This document shows, one piece after another, positions 52,331 to 64,000 of a DNA stretch of 64,000 nt. This DNA is from Cenococcum geophilum. Taxonomy: Eukaryota. How positions within the stretch are numbered: the first letter of the stretch is position 1; each line of letters opens with the position of its first letter. Where the stretch lies: contig CP158635.1 in the NCBI GenBank assembly GCA_050273025.1, forward strand, positions 29,016,001 through 29,080,000, in the 5' to 3' direction. A model generated the notes under the pieces. The model was not told the origin of the DNA and ran no database searches. It saw only the letters and a list, made by a program, of their open reading frames with translations. The position numbers and the translations under genes are program-made.

Positions 52331-54541
52331 AATAAGCACACTTAATATCGAACATACTATTAGGTGCAGTTGGGGCAATTTTCTTTCGCTAAGGAACTAC
52401 CTAATTATATAATTGCTCCGTTTTTACCCTTTATCGGCTTTTAGTCCGAGTAAGGAGTTTTACTATCTAGTAAGTTTGGGCAATAGTCCCAGATCTTATA
52501 GTCGACTATATAGTTGCACGTATACTTTTTAGGGAAAGACATATAGTGGCATATCTTGTTTGCCGTGCTCTCGCAGTATAATTTAATAAATGTTTATAGA
52601 CGTCTTAGAAGGGTTTAAGGTGGTGGTTAATGTTTAAAATATTTAATAATAGGAAGCGGGGAAGAGATTGCGTGCGCTATAATGATGCTAAAATGTATTC
52701 TAAAAATAGGATGGTGTTAAAATTAATACTATAAAAATATAGTTTAATATAAGCACGCTAATGCACATTAATATATACTAAATTATTACGCCTTAGTAGA
52801 TACCCCTCCTCTACCTAGCGAAATTCCCTAAATGCATGTTTATAAAAGCAGAGTGTCTTAAAACTTTTAAATTATATATTTTTTTAATAGAGCTATTAAT
52901 CTGGGACCCTAAAATTTATACTTAAGCCTATAGTTATAATAGAGCAGGGGGGAACAGCTAAAGTGGCTCTTGACGCTACTGACAGGACTATTAATAGCAT
53001 GACTAAATACAGTTATTTTCTCGCTGTAGAGTGGTTTCCATATAAAGAAATAGCCGAAGAATAAGAAGACATTAAGTATGACTTTATTAACTCCCGAGTA
53101 AGAGACTTTAGAGGTTAAAACCGCAAATTTGTCTCTTAATGGGGTGCGTCTCTTAACCTAGGGACGGACGTTAGATTAAATTATAGCTCATAGGTTTAAA
53201 GCATGGTTACGCTTCGCTAATAAAAAACTACATCTATTAACCCTACTTAGATAAATATAAAATAGAACTTAAAATTTAAATTTATAGTAAATATATAGAT
53301 AGTCCAAAGCAGTAACTTAATATCCTTATTAAATCCCCTAGAAAATACCTATTAAAGATTAACTTAAAACATGCTCTCCTAAGCTTTAATATTAGTAGGG
53401 ATAATAATAACCTTAGATTCCTATAAAATATTAGTAATAGCATATTAAGAAATTCCTAAGGAGATATTTTACCTGTGGAAGCCTTTCTAGCTAGGATAAG
53501 CTCTTATCAGAAATATAGACGAAGTGCTTTCCCTTATAATGCACTATTATGAATATTTCAGCTCCGGTTAGGTTACTAAGCTTATTAGCTTTTTTAAATA
53601 ACGTGCTACTTTGTCTGCTAAACCCTAGTTATTGCCGTTTTTCTTAAGTTTATGCGTGGACTTCACCCTTATTTAATAGAGTTGTTTTAGTTTTAGGTCT
53701 TATTCCATCTTCTTTAGAAGCCTTACTTATTGGAGATCTCTTAAGGCCCTGTTTATCCAATATGTTAACATCACTACAGCTTAACTATCTTAGTGTTAGC
53801 CGTAGGATTATCCTTAGGGTATTATATTATCGCACAGAAGTTCTAGTTGCCTTGCCTTCTAGAAAGGGCGGAATTTACTTAATAGATAACGCCTGTAAAG
53901 AACCCTTAAGGGGCACGGAATAAGATATATTATAACCAACAGGTAGCGGTTCTGGTGACGTTTTAGGAAGCGGAGAATTTATTAAATTAATGGCATACTC
54001 TCTCTTTTGTCTTTTAGCCCGTAGAGTAGTATAGTTTAGTATTTAAGGATCCTTTATAGGCTTATATACTGTTTTATAAAGTTTAAATAAGTCGCTAAAG
54101 AGTTATAAGAGCTTACTATACATTCTAAACTTATAAAAGACGTATAAGGGGAAAAAGTAAAGATTAAAACGAAGAGTTTGTAAATTAGAATATAAGGACT
54201 ACTAATAACTGCTACTTATACCTTATACGCGTAGAATAGATTTAGATATTATAAATTAGATTTCTGCTTAGCGCGTACTATAGCGTCAGCGGGAGCAATA
54301 AGTGGTTAATGGTGGTATGCTAAGGGCATACTGCCTAAAGCCACAGCGCTTAAGGAATTTAGATTTCGATTTACGCTAACACAAATTTATTCTCTGGAAA
54401 AATTAACCTTAGTTTTAAGGGACATAATAGGCCCTTTAATTGAACTATAATAATTGCCCTAGCTAGATTTTCCACTTTAGCAGTAAGTATTCTCGCCGCT
54501 TAAGCATAACTACTTATGGTCCTAATAAACAGTTATAGAGA

Positions 54542-55320
54542 ATATTGCTACTTAATCTACCGGATAAAATATTGTTATTAATAGCCGAGAACCTATAAGT
54601 AAAGGGAGATATTAACGCTTTCGCCTAGATAAATAACCGCCTCTATAGTATTTTAAATCCTTACCTTTATCGCTATAACGTTAAATAGAAGGATAACACG
54701 GCACTAATATAGGCTGCGAAACAAGGACAAGATATAACTACTTAAAAATCTCTTAAAGCCGCTAAAATTGGAGTAGTAACTTAATATTGATACTATAGGC
54801 GTGCGGATTTATTATAGGCAGTAAGAAACGGACACGAATTAGTGGTACGGCTATTAATTAGAAGTGGACTTAGCAGTCTTAACCTAGAGGACTCTTTATA
54901 TAAGCTGTTATGCGCTATAAGGTTTAGGCGGATGGTAGTAATGCGGCTACTTTTAGAAAGCGTTAATGTGAACTATAAGTAGGGAAACAGCTAGACACCG
55001 CTATTATTAGCCGCAGAAAAGGGGCATAAAGATGTAGTTTAACTGCTTCTGGAATATAAAAATGTTTATATTAATATAAGAGACCGCTTAAGTCGGATAC
55101 TACTATTATGGGCTGTTGATTATAAGTATAATACAGTGGTATAACTTCTAGTTAAGTATAGGGGTGTTAATATTAACTTAAAGGACTCCTTCGGCAGAAT
55201 ACTATTATCTATAGCTAAAGTATATAGGGACGCTACGATAGTCTAACTGCTTTTGGAGTGCGAAAGTGGTGGTCTAAAATTTATGGACTAGTATGGTGCA
55301 AGCAGTCCTTTAATTAATTA
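54542..55320 (+). pseudogene. F-box-like + ankyrin-repeat protein, RIP-inactivated
   Basis: 'LLNLPD.ILLLIAENL....DINAFA..N.RLY..LNPYLY', then ankyrin units 'TAL.(W)AAKQG', 'AVRNGHELVVRLLI' and 'TPLLLAAEKGHKDVV.LLL'. Confidence 0.88.
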
Positions 55321-55599
55321 AAGGATGGGCAAAGATTGACCTAGAGGCAGTCCAACTTTAGTATATAGATTAATTGGCAGGTCCGTAGTTCTTAATAATA
55401 TAATAGATATAAAATTCTATAGATTAGCTAACTCTTCTTCCCGCTAATTAATGCAATTATTTCCTATATACCTCGACCTCTTAGAGATCTACTTCCTTTC
55501 TATACTAGTAAGTTCTTACTATATACTAGGCCCGGATATTAGCCCTACCCTATAATATACGTTACTATATAACTAGACCCGCCTAGGATCTAGTACGTT

Positions 55600-57741
55600 A
55601 TTTTAAACTTATACCTCCCAAAACACTAATATTAAATTCCTATCCCGCCTTAAACGCTGTAAACTAATAGGACCCTAGTCCCTAAAAACAATTAGAAGCT
55701 TGCGTGGAAACTTGCTAAGCTTATATCTTTATACCTCCTAGGCTTGCAATATATGCTAAAGCCGTAACCGCTTTATATTATAGTGCTGAGATAAGGGGCT
55801 AATAATGGGAAATTATAAGATGTTATAGAAAATGCGCTATAAATAGATAAAGCCATAAATAGAATACATAGCTAGAAAGAAGGGCCTTACTATTATTACT
55901 GTCTCTTTCACCTAGTAGGCTAGCTTCTTCTCTTCTATATAGCAGGCCGGGCCTTTAATTTTGAATAATAATATGCCTATAGTGACCCAAGACTTCTCTT
56001 TAGAAAGTGGTCTTTAATCTATTCCTATAGAAGATTATCTTCCTCCTTTAATTTAATAAGCAGCGCGTCTTCCTTTTTAGTGAATTTTACTCTAGCCTTT
56101 AGCTCTTAGGGCTTTAGCTTCTAGGGCTACTTAACTAGGTTAAAAGGTAAAGGGAATTATTAAGGAGGGATATCTAGTATATACGACCTATTTTCCTAGC
56201 GCCTAAGAGCTGCTTAGATTAACCATTCTTTTAAATTAGTATTTAAGACGGCTCCTAGTATCGCTTTACTGGAGTTAGAGTTAGAGGCTAAGTTTAATAG
56301 CGGCTTTTAGGCATAAAGGCGATTATATATAGGGGATCTAGCCCGCTTATAATAATCGCTGCTAAGCGTAGTACTTCGGTCGGATATGTGTATAGATAGA
56401 ATTAAAGGGGAAAGGTAAGACCGCTGAAGACGATGCTTTATAGCACGCTTTGGTTTTAATTTACCACTAACGGGCGCTAGCGATCCTCGCTGCCCCGCAC
56501 ACCTATGGGCCTTATTACTCTTATTGCTATTACTACTGTCGCTATCCCTAGTGTCGTTATTATCTGTATCGCCGCTGTCGTCGTTTCCGTAGTTGCAGTT
56601 CTTAGTATTACCTTCGTCTATAACCTCGCTATTCTTAGTATTATCGCTATAATCGTATTCTTTAGCCGAGCCATTAATAAGATCGTTGAGAATTTAATTA
56701 CGATTATTGTTAACCTTATTTTGCGGTGATTTAACATTACAAGAAGACAAAGATTGCTAAAGGGAAGGGCTAGCAGACCACGCAGCGAAGGCCGCTCGCT
56801 CCTTAATACGTTTATTACCATTATTAAGGCTAAAGGTAGGAGGGCCGGAAGGTAAGGTTTTCTGGGAAGCTGGTAAGCTTCGTTACTTCCTAGGTTATAG
56901 GCTCTTACCGCTCTCGCTAATAGAAGTATTAGAGATATAATTAATATCGTCTAGTTGCCTAATATAATTAAACCTCCGCTTCTTTAACTTTTGGGCTTCT
57001 AAAGACCCTTAACCGGCAGTAGCTAATATCCTAAGCTCCTACCTAAATTGCGGAACGGTTTTAATATAATACCCCTCTGCTAAATTATTCGTTTAGTTGC
57101 CGTCTGGCGTTAAGGGTATAGTATAATTATACGTAGGTGCATATACCTCCTCTTCTAGCGCTTTTAATAAAGGCAGCTCCTTATTATCTTTATTATCCTT
57201 ATTACCGTTATTTCCGTCATCTACTAATTATTAGATAAGGCTATTATAAATTAAAAGGGGAAGCGTATACCTAATCCGCGAGGTATTAGCCGATTATCGG
57301 CTTCGTTATTAGCGTTACTAGCTTAGTCACCCTTAGTTTCCAAGTCTAGATCGGCTGTATCGTCTTCGAGGACTATTGGATTTACTACTAGTTGTTAAAA
57401 CTACATATTTGGAACTGCTGGGGAAAGAGGGAAAGTGGTGGGGTAGTCGTTGGGATAATTACCTCAACTACTCCCTCCAGCGGCTTAACTGTCATTTCTA
57501 TCCCTATAGAAATCTTCCTCATTGTCCTTATTATCCTTATTATCCTTATAATACTTCTTATAAGCTTTCTTGTAATCATATATAGGGTCTACAGGCGCTT
57601 TATTAGACGGAATCTCTAAACTAAGGCCCTAGGTAGAATAATATGCCGTTAATTGCCTAAGCTTCTAATACTTCTTAACTTTTTAGGGGGAAAAGAGGTA
57701 CCCCCCTGCTTCTCCTTTCAGGCTTGCTGATCGCGCTTTTC
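55600..57741 (-). pseudogene. RIP-degraded gene with acidic/low-complexity tracts, unknown function
   Basis: The minus-strand frame from the ATG at ~57741 has RIP-altered (D/E-rich) tracts and Arg-rich stretches. No family recognised. Confidence 0.35.
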
Positions 57742-57919
57742 TTAGGGGTTATAATTGCATGGTGCTAAGATAAAGCTGTTAATTTTCTAGGGGGACTAGT
57801 GTAGAAATTATTATTATTAAGCGAAATTTTAGGAGGGATACGAAATGAAGATTAAAATAGTGCTAGCGTTATTATTATCGTTAGAGTTGCTATTACTTTA
57901 TAGCTTTTAAAAGCTTTAA

Positions 57920-59640
57920 GGGGGAATTAAAGGTCTTTTTAAGTATATGTTAGTCCTCCCTTCGCTACTAGCTCTCGCCCATTACCCCTTACCCCTCGCC
58001 CCTTATCTAGGTTTCTTATTAAATTAAAGTATTTAATACGCGTGCCTCCGGCATAAACTGGGGTCAATTGCCGTTTATAGGGTAAGGTTTGTAAGGGCTT
58101 AAATTCTAACGCTTAATTAACACCCTTAGCAAATTACGGTTAAACTATATCTACCCGTCCAAGCTGGCGTATTTAGCTCTAACATAGCCGTCGCATCTAG
58201 CTCCTTATTAGGAGGTTAATGGCGTAAATTCTCCACCATCGTTTCTTGGTAAAGGACGGCGCTAATATATCTATTTACTTTCCAATAATACCGACCTAGC
58301 TAATCTTCTACGCCGCTTATATTAGTAGGTAAAGCCCTACTTATACGTGCGCGTTACGAGCTATTTATAATAGAAGGAGGTAGTGTCCTTATTGGTAGCG
58401 GATGGGGCTCTCTAATACTAACCGCCTAGTAATAGATACGCCTACCACTTATATGGTAATTGTATATATGTCTATAAATATGCTAGGTAAAAGACTGCAT
58501 AAGGTGCTGTATAATGCTCGCCCTTCTAACGTAGCTGGCTGGTATTAGAGATTCCTTTATAGTTATACCGCTGAACCATTATACGCCCAAAAGCTGCAGC
58601 CTTTTAATTTTAATCTATGTGGTTTTTACTATAGCCCTATAGCTTAGGAGCCTAGATTATTAATCCTTTACTACTCTACTGCTGAGTTTTAGGCAGAGCT
58701 AATAGCCCCTTAGCCCTAAACTAGTAGATTAAACGGCGTCTCTGAAACCGTGGCAATGCAACTATACTACTAGGTAGGCATGCATAGCCATCTAGGCAAT
58801 GCTCTGTATAATATCCGCTTAAATAATGCCTAATACAGCCCCCTATAGCTATTTATAGCTATGCCAATAGGGATTAAGTTATAAATTCCGTAACTTAAGG
58901 TAACTTAGGGCCAATAGCATATAGCCTATTTTGGGGAGAGGATGTCCGTATAATTAAGTAGGGTTGCCGGCTAAAATATAATAAGATATAAGGCCTGTCC
59001 AGTGATATAAGGGAGCTTGCGGCGGCGAGGGGCCAGGCGCTGTTGCTCTAGGAAGGAGACTTTTCTAGAAAAATAAAGCAGGCAGTATTACTGGCGTGGT
59101 AATTCCTATAGATCCTGTCGATTGGCAGCTGCGGATAGTAGCTCCCTAGAGGCGAAGGAATAACTTAAATAGGAGGGGGGAAAAGCTTTAAATATCGTGA
59201 ATGCCTATACGCGTAAGTGGGACAAGTCTCTTAAGGTCGGGCTGCAGAAAGGACGAATAGAAAGAGCTGCTTTATCTATTACTATAAAAAGAGTATAAGG
59301 GAGGAAGTCGTCATTAGAGAGCATAAAAGGCGCTATACTACTATTAGTCTAAGACACGGAAATTAAGGGAAGTAGTAGGGCTTATATATGCGCGGATGCC
59401 GATAGGGGAATAAAATAGCTTAGGGGCGGAGCGAGGAGGTTTAACCGAGGCGATAATATCTAATAAGGGGGATGCGCGGCGTTAGGGAGAAAGAGAAGAT
59501 AGAGGAGGGAAAGTAAAACGGCGAGAAGTGGACGCTTTTATGTGATGAGGTTAAAGCACGGGCTAGGATAAAGCGGCGGGCTAATAAGCGAGGGCGCGTT
59601 GCCCGCAAAGGAAACCTCCATTTCCTGATGCAGTTCCACT
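57920..59640 (-). pseudogene. RIP-degraded gene of unknown function
   Basis: One frame reads continuously for >350 codons with almost only TAA/TAG stops (e.g. 'APGPSPPQAPLYHWTGL...CDGYVRAKYASLDG'). Confidence 0.5.
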
Positions 59641-60539
59641 CTTATAGATATTACTATTAAAATAAAAGTAATAGTGTTGCTAGTAAGCTTTTTAAATATA
59701 TTATAAGAGTAGGGTAATTAGGTAAGGCCGTTCCTTCCTTTACTATAAAATATACTAGCTATACTAGCAACTATTGCGTTAGAACGGAAGCGGTTATTAC
59801 TTAGCTATTAACTCTTATTAGTATTTTACTAAATAGTATAGGCAAAATACCTTTGTGTAATCCAGTATAATAAAATTATAATTAGTTAATAGTTCCACAA
59901 TTAGTTTCGGCGCGTTATTAAACCCTAGCCTATATACCTCCCTTATAATTATATAAGCCTTTATAATTGCGTAATTCCTAAAGTTCCCTATTGCATTAAA
60001 TAGCTATATATAATATTAAGATTGTTAGTAAATAATTTAATATAATATTTCTAGTATATAGATACTTTATAAGCGGACACCGGGTTAGGAATACAATTAG
60101 CTTTTTTTACACTACTTTTAGCTACTTTAAAATGGCTTTTAACTATGCCTTTTTATTATATCCTTAATAAGGCTTAGAAAGCGGTCAAACTACAGGTTAA
60201 TAAGATGCCTATTATAAGTCCTAGAGTTAGTTACTAGCCTTGCTAGTAAAATGGACCTATAAAGCGCAAATATAGGCTTATATCTCTTAGGTAGGTTTTC
60301 TTTTATGCGTCGCCGTTATGATATTTAGAGGTACTCTTCTCTTACCTATAACGCGGCAGTTAGGTTAAAATCGTCTTTATAATCTAACTCGTCCTTACTT
60401 TCCCTAGCGCTATTTAGGTCCCCTTTAGATTAAACATTAAGTTAATATACTCTGTATTAAAGGGAGGTTACTTATCTTATAGACGAAGCTGTGTTAGGGT
60501 TTAGGCGGATATAGCTTACTAGGGAGAATATAAAGCTAA

Positions 60540-60670
60540 ATATTAGTTGTTTACGCGATAAGGTACAGATTAGGCATATAGAAGAGTATTTTAAAACTAG
60601 CACACAATTGTTTACGCGGTAAGGTATAGATTAAACATATAGGAGAGTATTTTAAACTAATACGCAATCG
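60540..60670. repeat. ~61-bp tandem duplication
   Basis: TTGTTTACGCG..AAGGTA.AGATTA..CATATAG.AGAGTATTTTAAA occurs at 60547 and 60608. Confidence 0.8.
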
Positions 60671-63600
60671 TTAAGAGCCGGAGGTATATTATAAAGATGC
60701 TGCTTTTTATAGTAGTTGGCGGTTAGATAGTAAAGAGAGTGTTTTATTTACTAAGGCCCGTTAAGTGCTAAATAGTAGAGGAAACTATTAAGTATTACAG
60801 TTAGACTCCGGTTATATATAAAGGTATAACCTACCTTAATTAAAAGATTGGGACTGTGCGTCTTTAACTAAGCTAGTTTTACTACTAGATTATTAATAAA
60901 TTTAGTAGATTTATTAATATTTGGTCGTTGTCGTTTTATAGAAAAAGTAGGTATAGACTCGCAGTCACTATCCTTATTATTAAAGATTACCCTTTTTAGC
61001 CGGAGGTGGCCATGTACATTTTATACATTATTAGCCAGCTTAATATATTATATATAACGTTAATGGGGTTTATTATATACCTACTCTTCTCCACGCCTAG
61101 ATATAACTAGACTAAAGTTATAATATTACTTATTCTGGCTAGGTTCTACGTACTTATTCTAGCTAGGTTCTACATACTCGTTCTCTATTAGCGCGTTCTT
61201 CCTTCTATTAGCTAGAACGTGGGCAACTCCTAGCAGTAGGCTAGGTAGAGATATAAGGTTAATTATACTAGTTATCCTCGTTTCCTTATTATACGTTAAC
61301 TTAAAGTAGGGTTCTTACTACTAGTTTAAGTGTTTAATAACGCGTTTTTATATTTACCTGCTATGGTAATACTCCTATATTTGCCTAGTTAGTAAAAGGT
61401 ATAGCTTATAGCTAAAATAGGTTACCTTATAGCTATTTCTATAATATCTAGGGCGTATATAGATTAATAACTTAAAAGAATATATACTGGTATAGTATAT
61501 ATTAGACTAATAGTAGTATTAATAGGAGTATTATTACTATAGTGCTGGCAAATGACTTAAATAGGGGTGTATTTATTATAATTAGCTACTAGTTTTAACT
61601 AGTTATAGTTAAGCCGCGACCACGACCTATTAACTTACATTAAGTTAGTAGTTAAGAAAATATTATTATATAGTTAAAGATTATTTAATACTATTTGCTA
61701 TTATACGCGAAACTATTTTATTTTATTAGCATATTCCTTAGTAGATATAGTATAGGTATATAAAAGGTTAAATGTTAATCCCGGCAATAAAAGCAGTAGG
61801 CTAGTAAGGCTTATATCCAAATTTAATAGGGAGGTACCTTATTAAACCACTTTACCCACCTAAGGCGCTAGCTTTTAGATCCTATACCTTATTCCGGTCC
61901 ACCTATACTAGGTTTAATACCCGTCTCATACTTAAAGTAAAGCTTATTTACCTTACCCGTATAGCTCGCTAGTATAGATAATACTAGGGTAGGTATAGGC
62001 AGTATATAGGACAGCAATAACACTTCTATATAGTTATATCGCTATATTCCACACCCTTATACAATACCTAGTATTTCTACCGCAAACATCTAACGTTATT
62101 CTTCCGTATTACTAACCCTATTAGCCTATAATAAGTCTAACCTATCCCCTATATATATATTACAACAGCAATTAAATTTAATAAAATAGTAAGAAAAGCG
62201 TAAGTATAGATATAAGGATTGGGTATTAGATACTAAGAGTGAGCTAGGGACAGTATTAATATATATTACCCTAACGAGTTTACTAGAAAGAATAGGTATA
62301 AACCTTAGGCTTTATCGTCTAATCCCCTTAGGCGTTTTAAGAATGCCGGATAAGTTATAAGAATATCCCAGGATATATTGTTCTAAGACTCCCTTACTTA
62401 ATAGCACGCCAAAGGGCTCTAATATTAAGCCGTCTACCTTTATATATAGTAATCTATTAAACTAGTAAGTATTCTAAATAAAGCAGTGGCTTTAAGGCGC
62501 ATAATCTATACTGCGGTTATAGTTACCTTCGCCTTTTCTATTATGGGTTAAGGCGTAAAGTAAGGGCTCTTTTTTGACTAGGAGAGGTTTTTTAGGACAG
62601 CTATAGGTTAAGTATTGCCTTAGTATTGACCCGTTTACCTATTCTACCTATTCTTATATATATAGAGTGCGAGTTGTTTAGTAAAGGCAAGGGTACGGAA
62701 ATAGAGGGTAAGTAATTATATCGTTCTTAGCTAGTAGCGCAGACTATAAATATAAGTTAGTAACGTTAAATTTACTTTAAGTAATAACCTACTTATTTTT
62801 CTTTATTCTATTATAAATAAAAACCTATCTATTTCTTATAGAAATATATCCTTAACCGCACTGCGCTATTTCTCTTCATTTATAAGCTGAATTCGTCCTT
62901 TAGCTATCTTATTACTAATATAGTAGTAAAGCGTTTTACTCTTAGGGTTAAAGTTAATATCCTAGCCTAGTATATCTACAAATATATTAAAGTTTAGATT
63001 ATTAACGTGTATATCTAGGGCGTTATTTTTACTAGTCGCTAGCTTTTAGGTTAGGATAATTATTAGCTCTTTATTAGCTACCCGCTAGATTAGTATTATT
63101 ATTATCCTATATAACCTTGGTATTCCCTCCTACCTTATTACCTTTAGTATACCGGCCGGTGGATAATATATAATAGCGGAGTGTAGAAGTACTAAGTTGC
63201 CTATTATAATTTACCTAATAAAAGCCGTTTTATTTATTTAACGCGTCGCGTTATAGCTATAGCGCTAGGCAAGTTATTTAACATATTTAGTATATAGATT
63301 CTTAGGTAAACCTAGAAACACAGATAGGAATTTGTTAAAGATTTCGTTTAATATTTGCTATATTTATACCTTACTTATAAGGGAGCATAGTAGCTGTCTA
63401 AGGAGCCCGCGCGTCGACATTTTAATTTTAATATTATAGTAGATTATATTATATTGTTTATTTATAACCCTAAAATCTCGCTTAAGAGTGTCTTTAGTGT
63501 TATAACTTAGGTCTATTATTAGTGCTATAATTTTAGAAGCGTTAAGGGAGGTGCGGTAGAAAAGACGTTTTAATTATACGCTAAGACCAATATATAGGAT

Positions 63601-64000
63601 TGTGTAGATAGGTAACTATATTATTTAGTTATATATAAAATAATCGGTTAAATGTCTTATAAGAAATAAATAAGTATATTAGCGAACGCTTCTCTACCTA
63701 CTACACTACCTAGACTTATAAGCCTCCTCCTATCTATTTTACGTCTCCTCCGTCTTAATAAGCTTGATTTAGTACCCAGATTCGTTAATACTTTATATAT
63801 ATATATATATTTTTATCTCTATTATATTATACTACATACAATACTATATATGCAGCCTTTAGGCTATAGCGCTATAGTTTTATATATATGAATCCCTTCT
63901 AGGCAGCTTAATATATACTAGTAACTATGTTTATTAATACTTTAAAACGCCTAGTTAGCCCTTAACTAGTAAAGCCTAGTTAGTATAATTAGAGGTCCCG

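Larger units (their letters stand above)
50215..53171 (-). mobile_element. pogo/Fot1-like (Tc1-mariner superfamily) non-autonomous TIR element, 2957 bp, carrying a kinase gene
   Basis: ~46-bp TIRs ACGTC(T/C)GTCCCT(G/A)GGTTAAGAGACGCACCCC....AGAGACAAATT at both ends, with TA TSD at 50213-50214 and 53172-53173. An internal transposase N-terminal remnant is present. Confidence 0.92.

Noticed and set aside
56505..57619. Short Ile/Val-rich ORFs
   Set aside because: They are alternative-frame or antisense readings of RIP-altered low-complexity acidic tracts.
63795..63812. (TA)n microsatellite
   Set aside because: Short and expected in RIP-affected AT-rich DNA. It is not a telomeric repeat.
1..64000. 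Starship captain (DUF3435 tyrosine recombinase) and element termini
   Set aside because: No recognisable recombinase motifs or boundary repeats were found by eye, so none is annotated.
1..64000. Alternative genetic code (TAA/TAG = Gln)
   Set aside because: The stops replace both Gln and Trp and come with ATG>ATA and other transitions, including between LTR and TIR pairs. This is mutation by RIP, not recoding.

Overview
AT-rich fungal (Pezizomycotina-like) DNA heavily mutated by repeat-induced point mutation (RIP). TpA is abundant, CpA/TpG are scarce, and Gln/Trp codons appear as TAA/TAG, so almost no ORF is intact and most of the ORF track is artefact. Reading through the RIP stops shows a gene-dense relic with the auxiliary gene set of a giant Starship transposon. 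The core is a patatin-like phospholipase (-) head-to-head with a DUF3723 gene (+), then a MADS-box-like gene (-) and a ferric-reductase-like gene (+). Around it lie two split chromodomain-like genes, a pseudokinase, and bZIP, GNAT, F-box/ankyrin and secreted His-start genes. I did not recognise a captain (DUF3435 tyrosine recombinase) or an element boundary in the window. Smaller elements have inserted into the region: two deleted Copia elements, two MITE-like elements, a ~1 kb non-LTR retroposon with a 14-bp TSD, a solo LTR nested in a related solo LTR, and a 2.96 kb pogo/Fot1-like TIR element carrying a protein kinase gene. Family calls come from manual translation and motif recognition, not database searches; residues in parentheses are RIP-reverted, and pseudogene boundaries are approximate.
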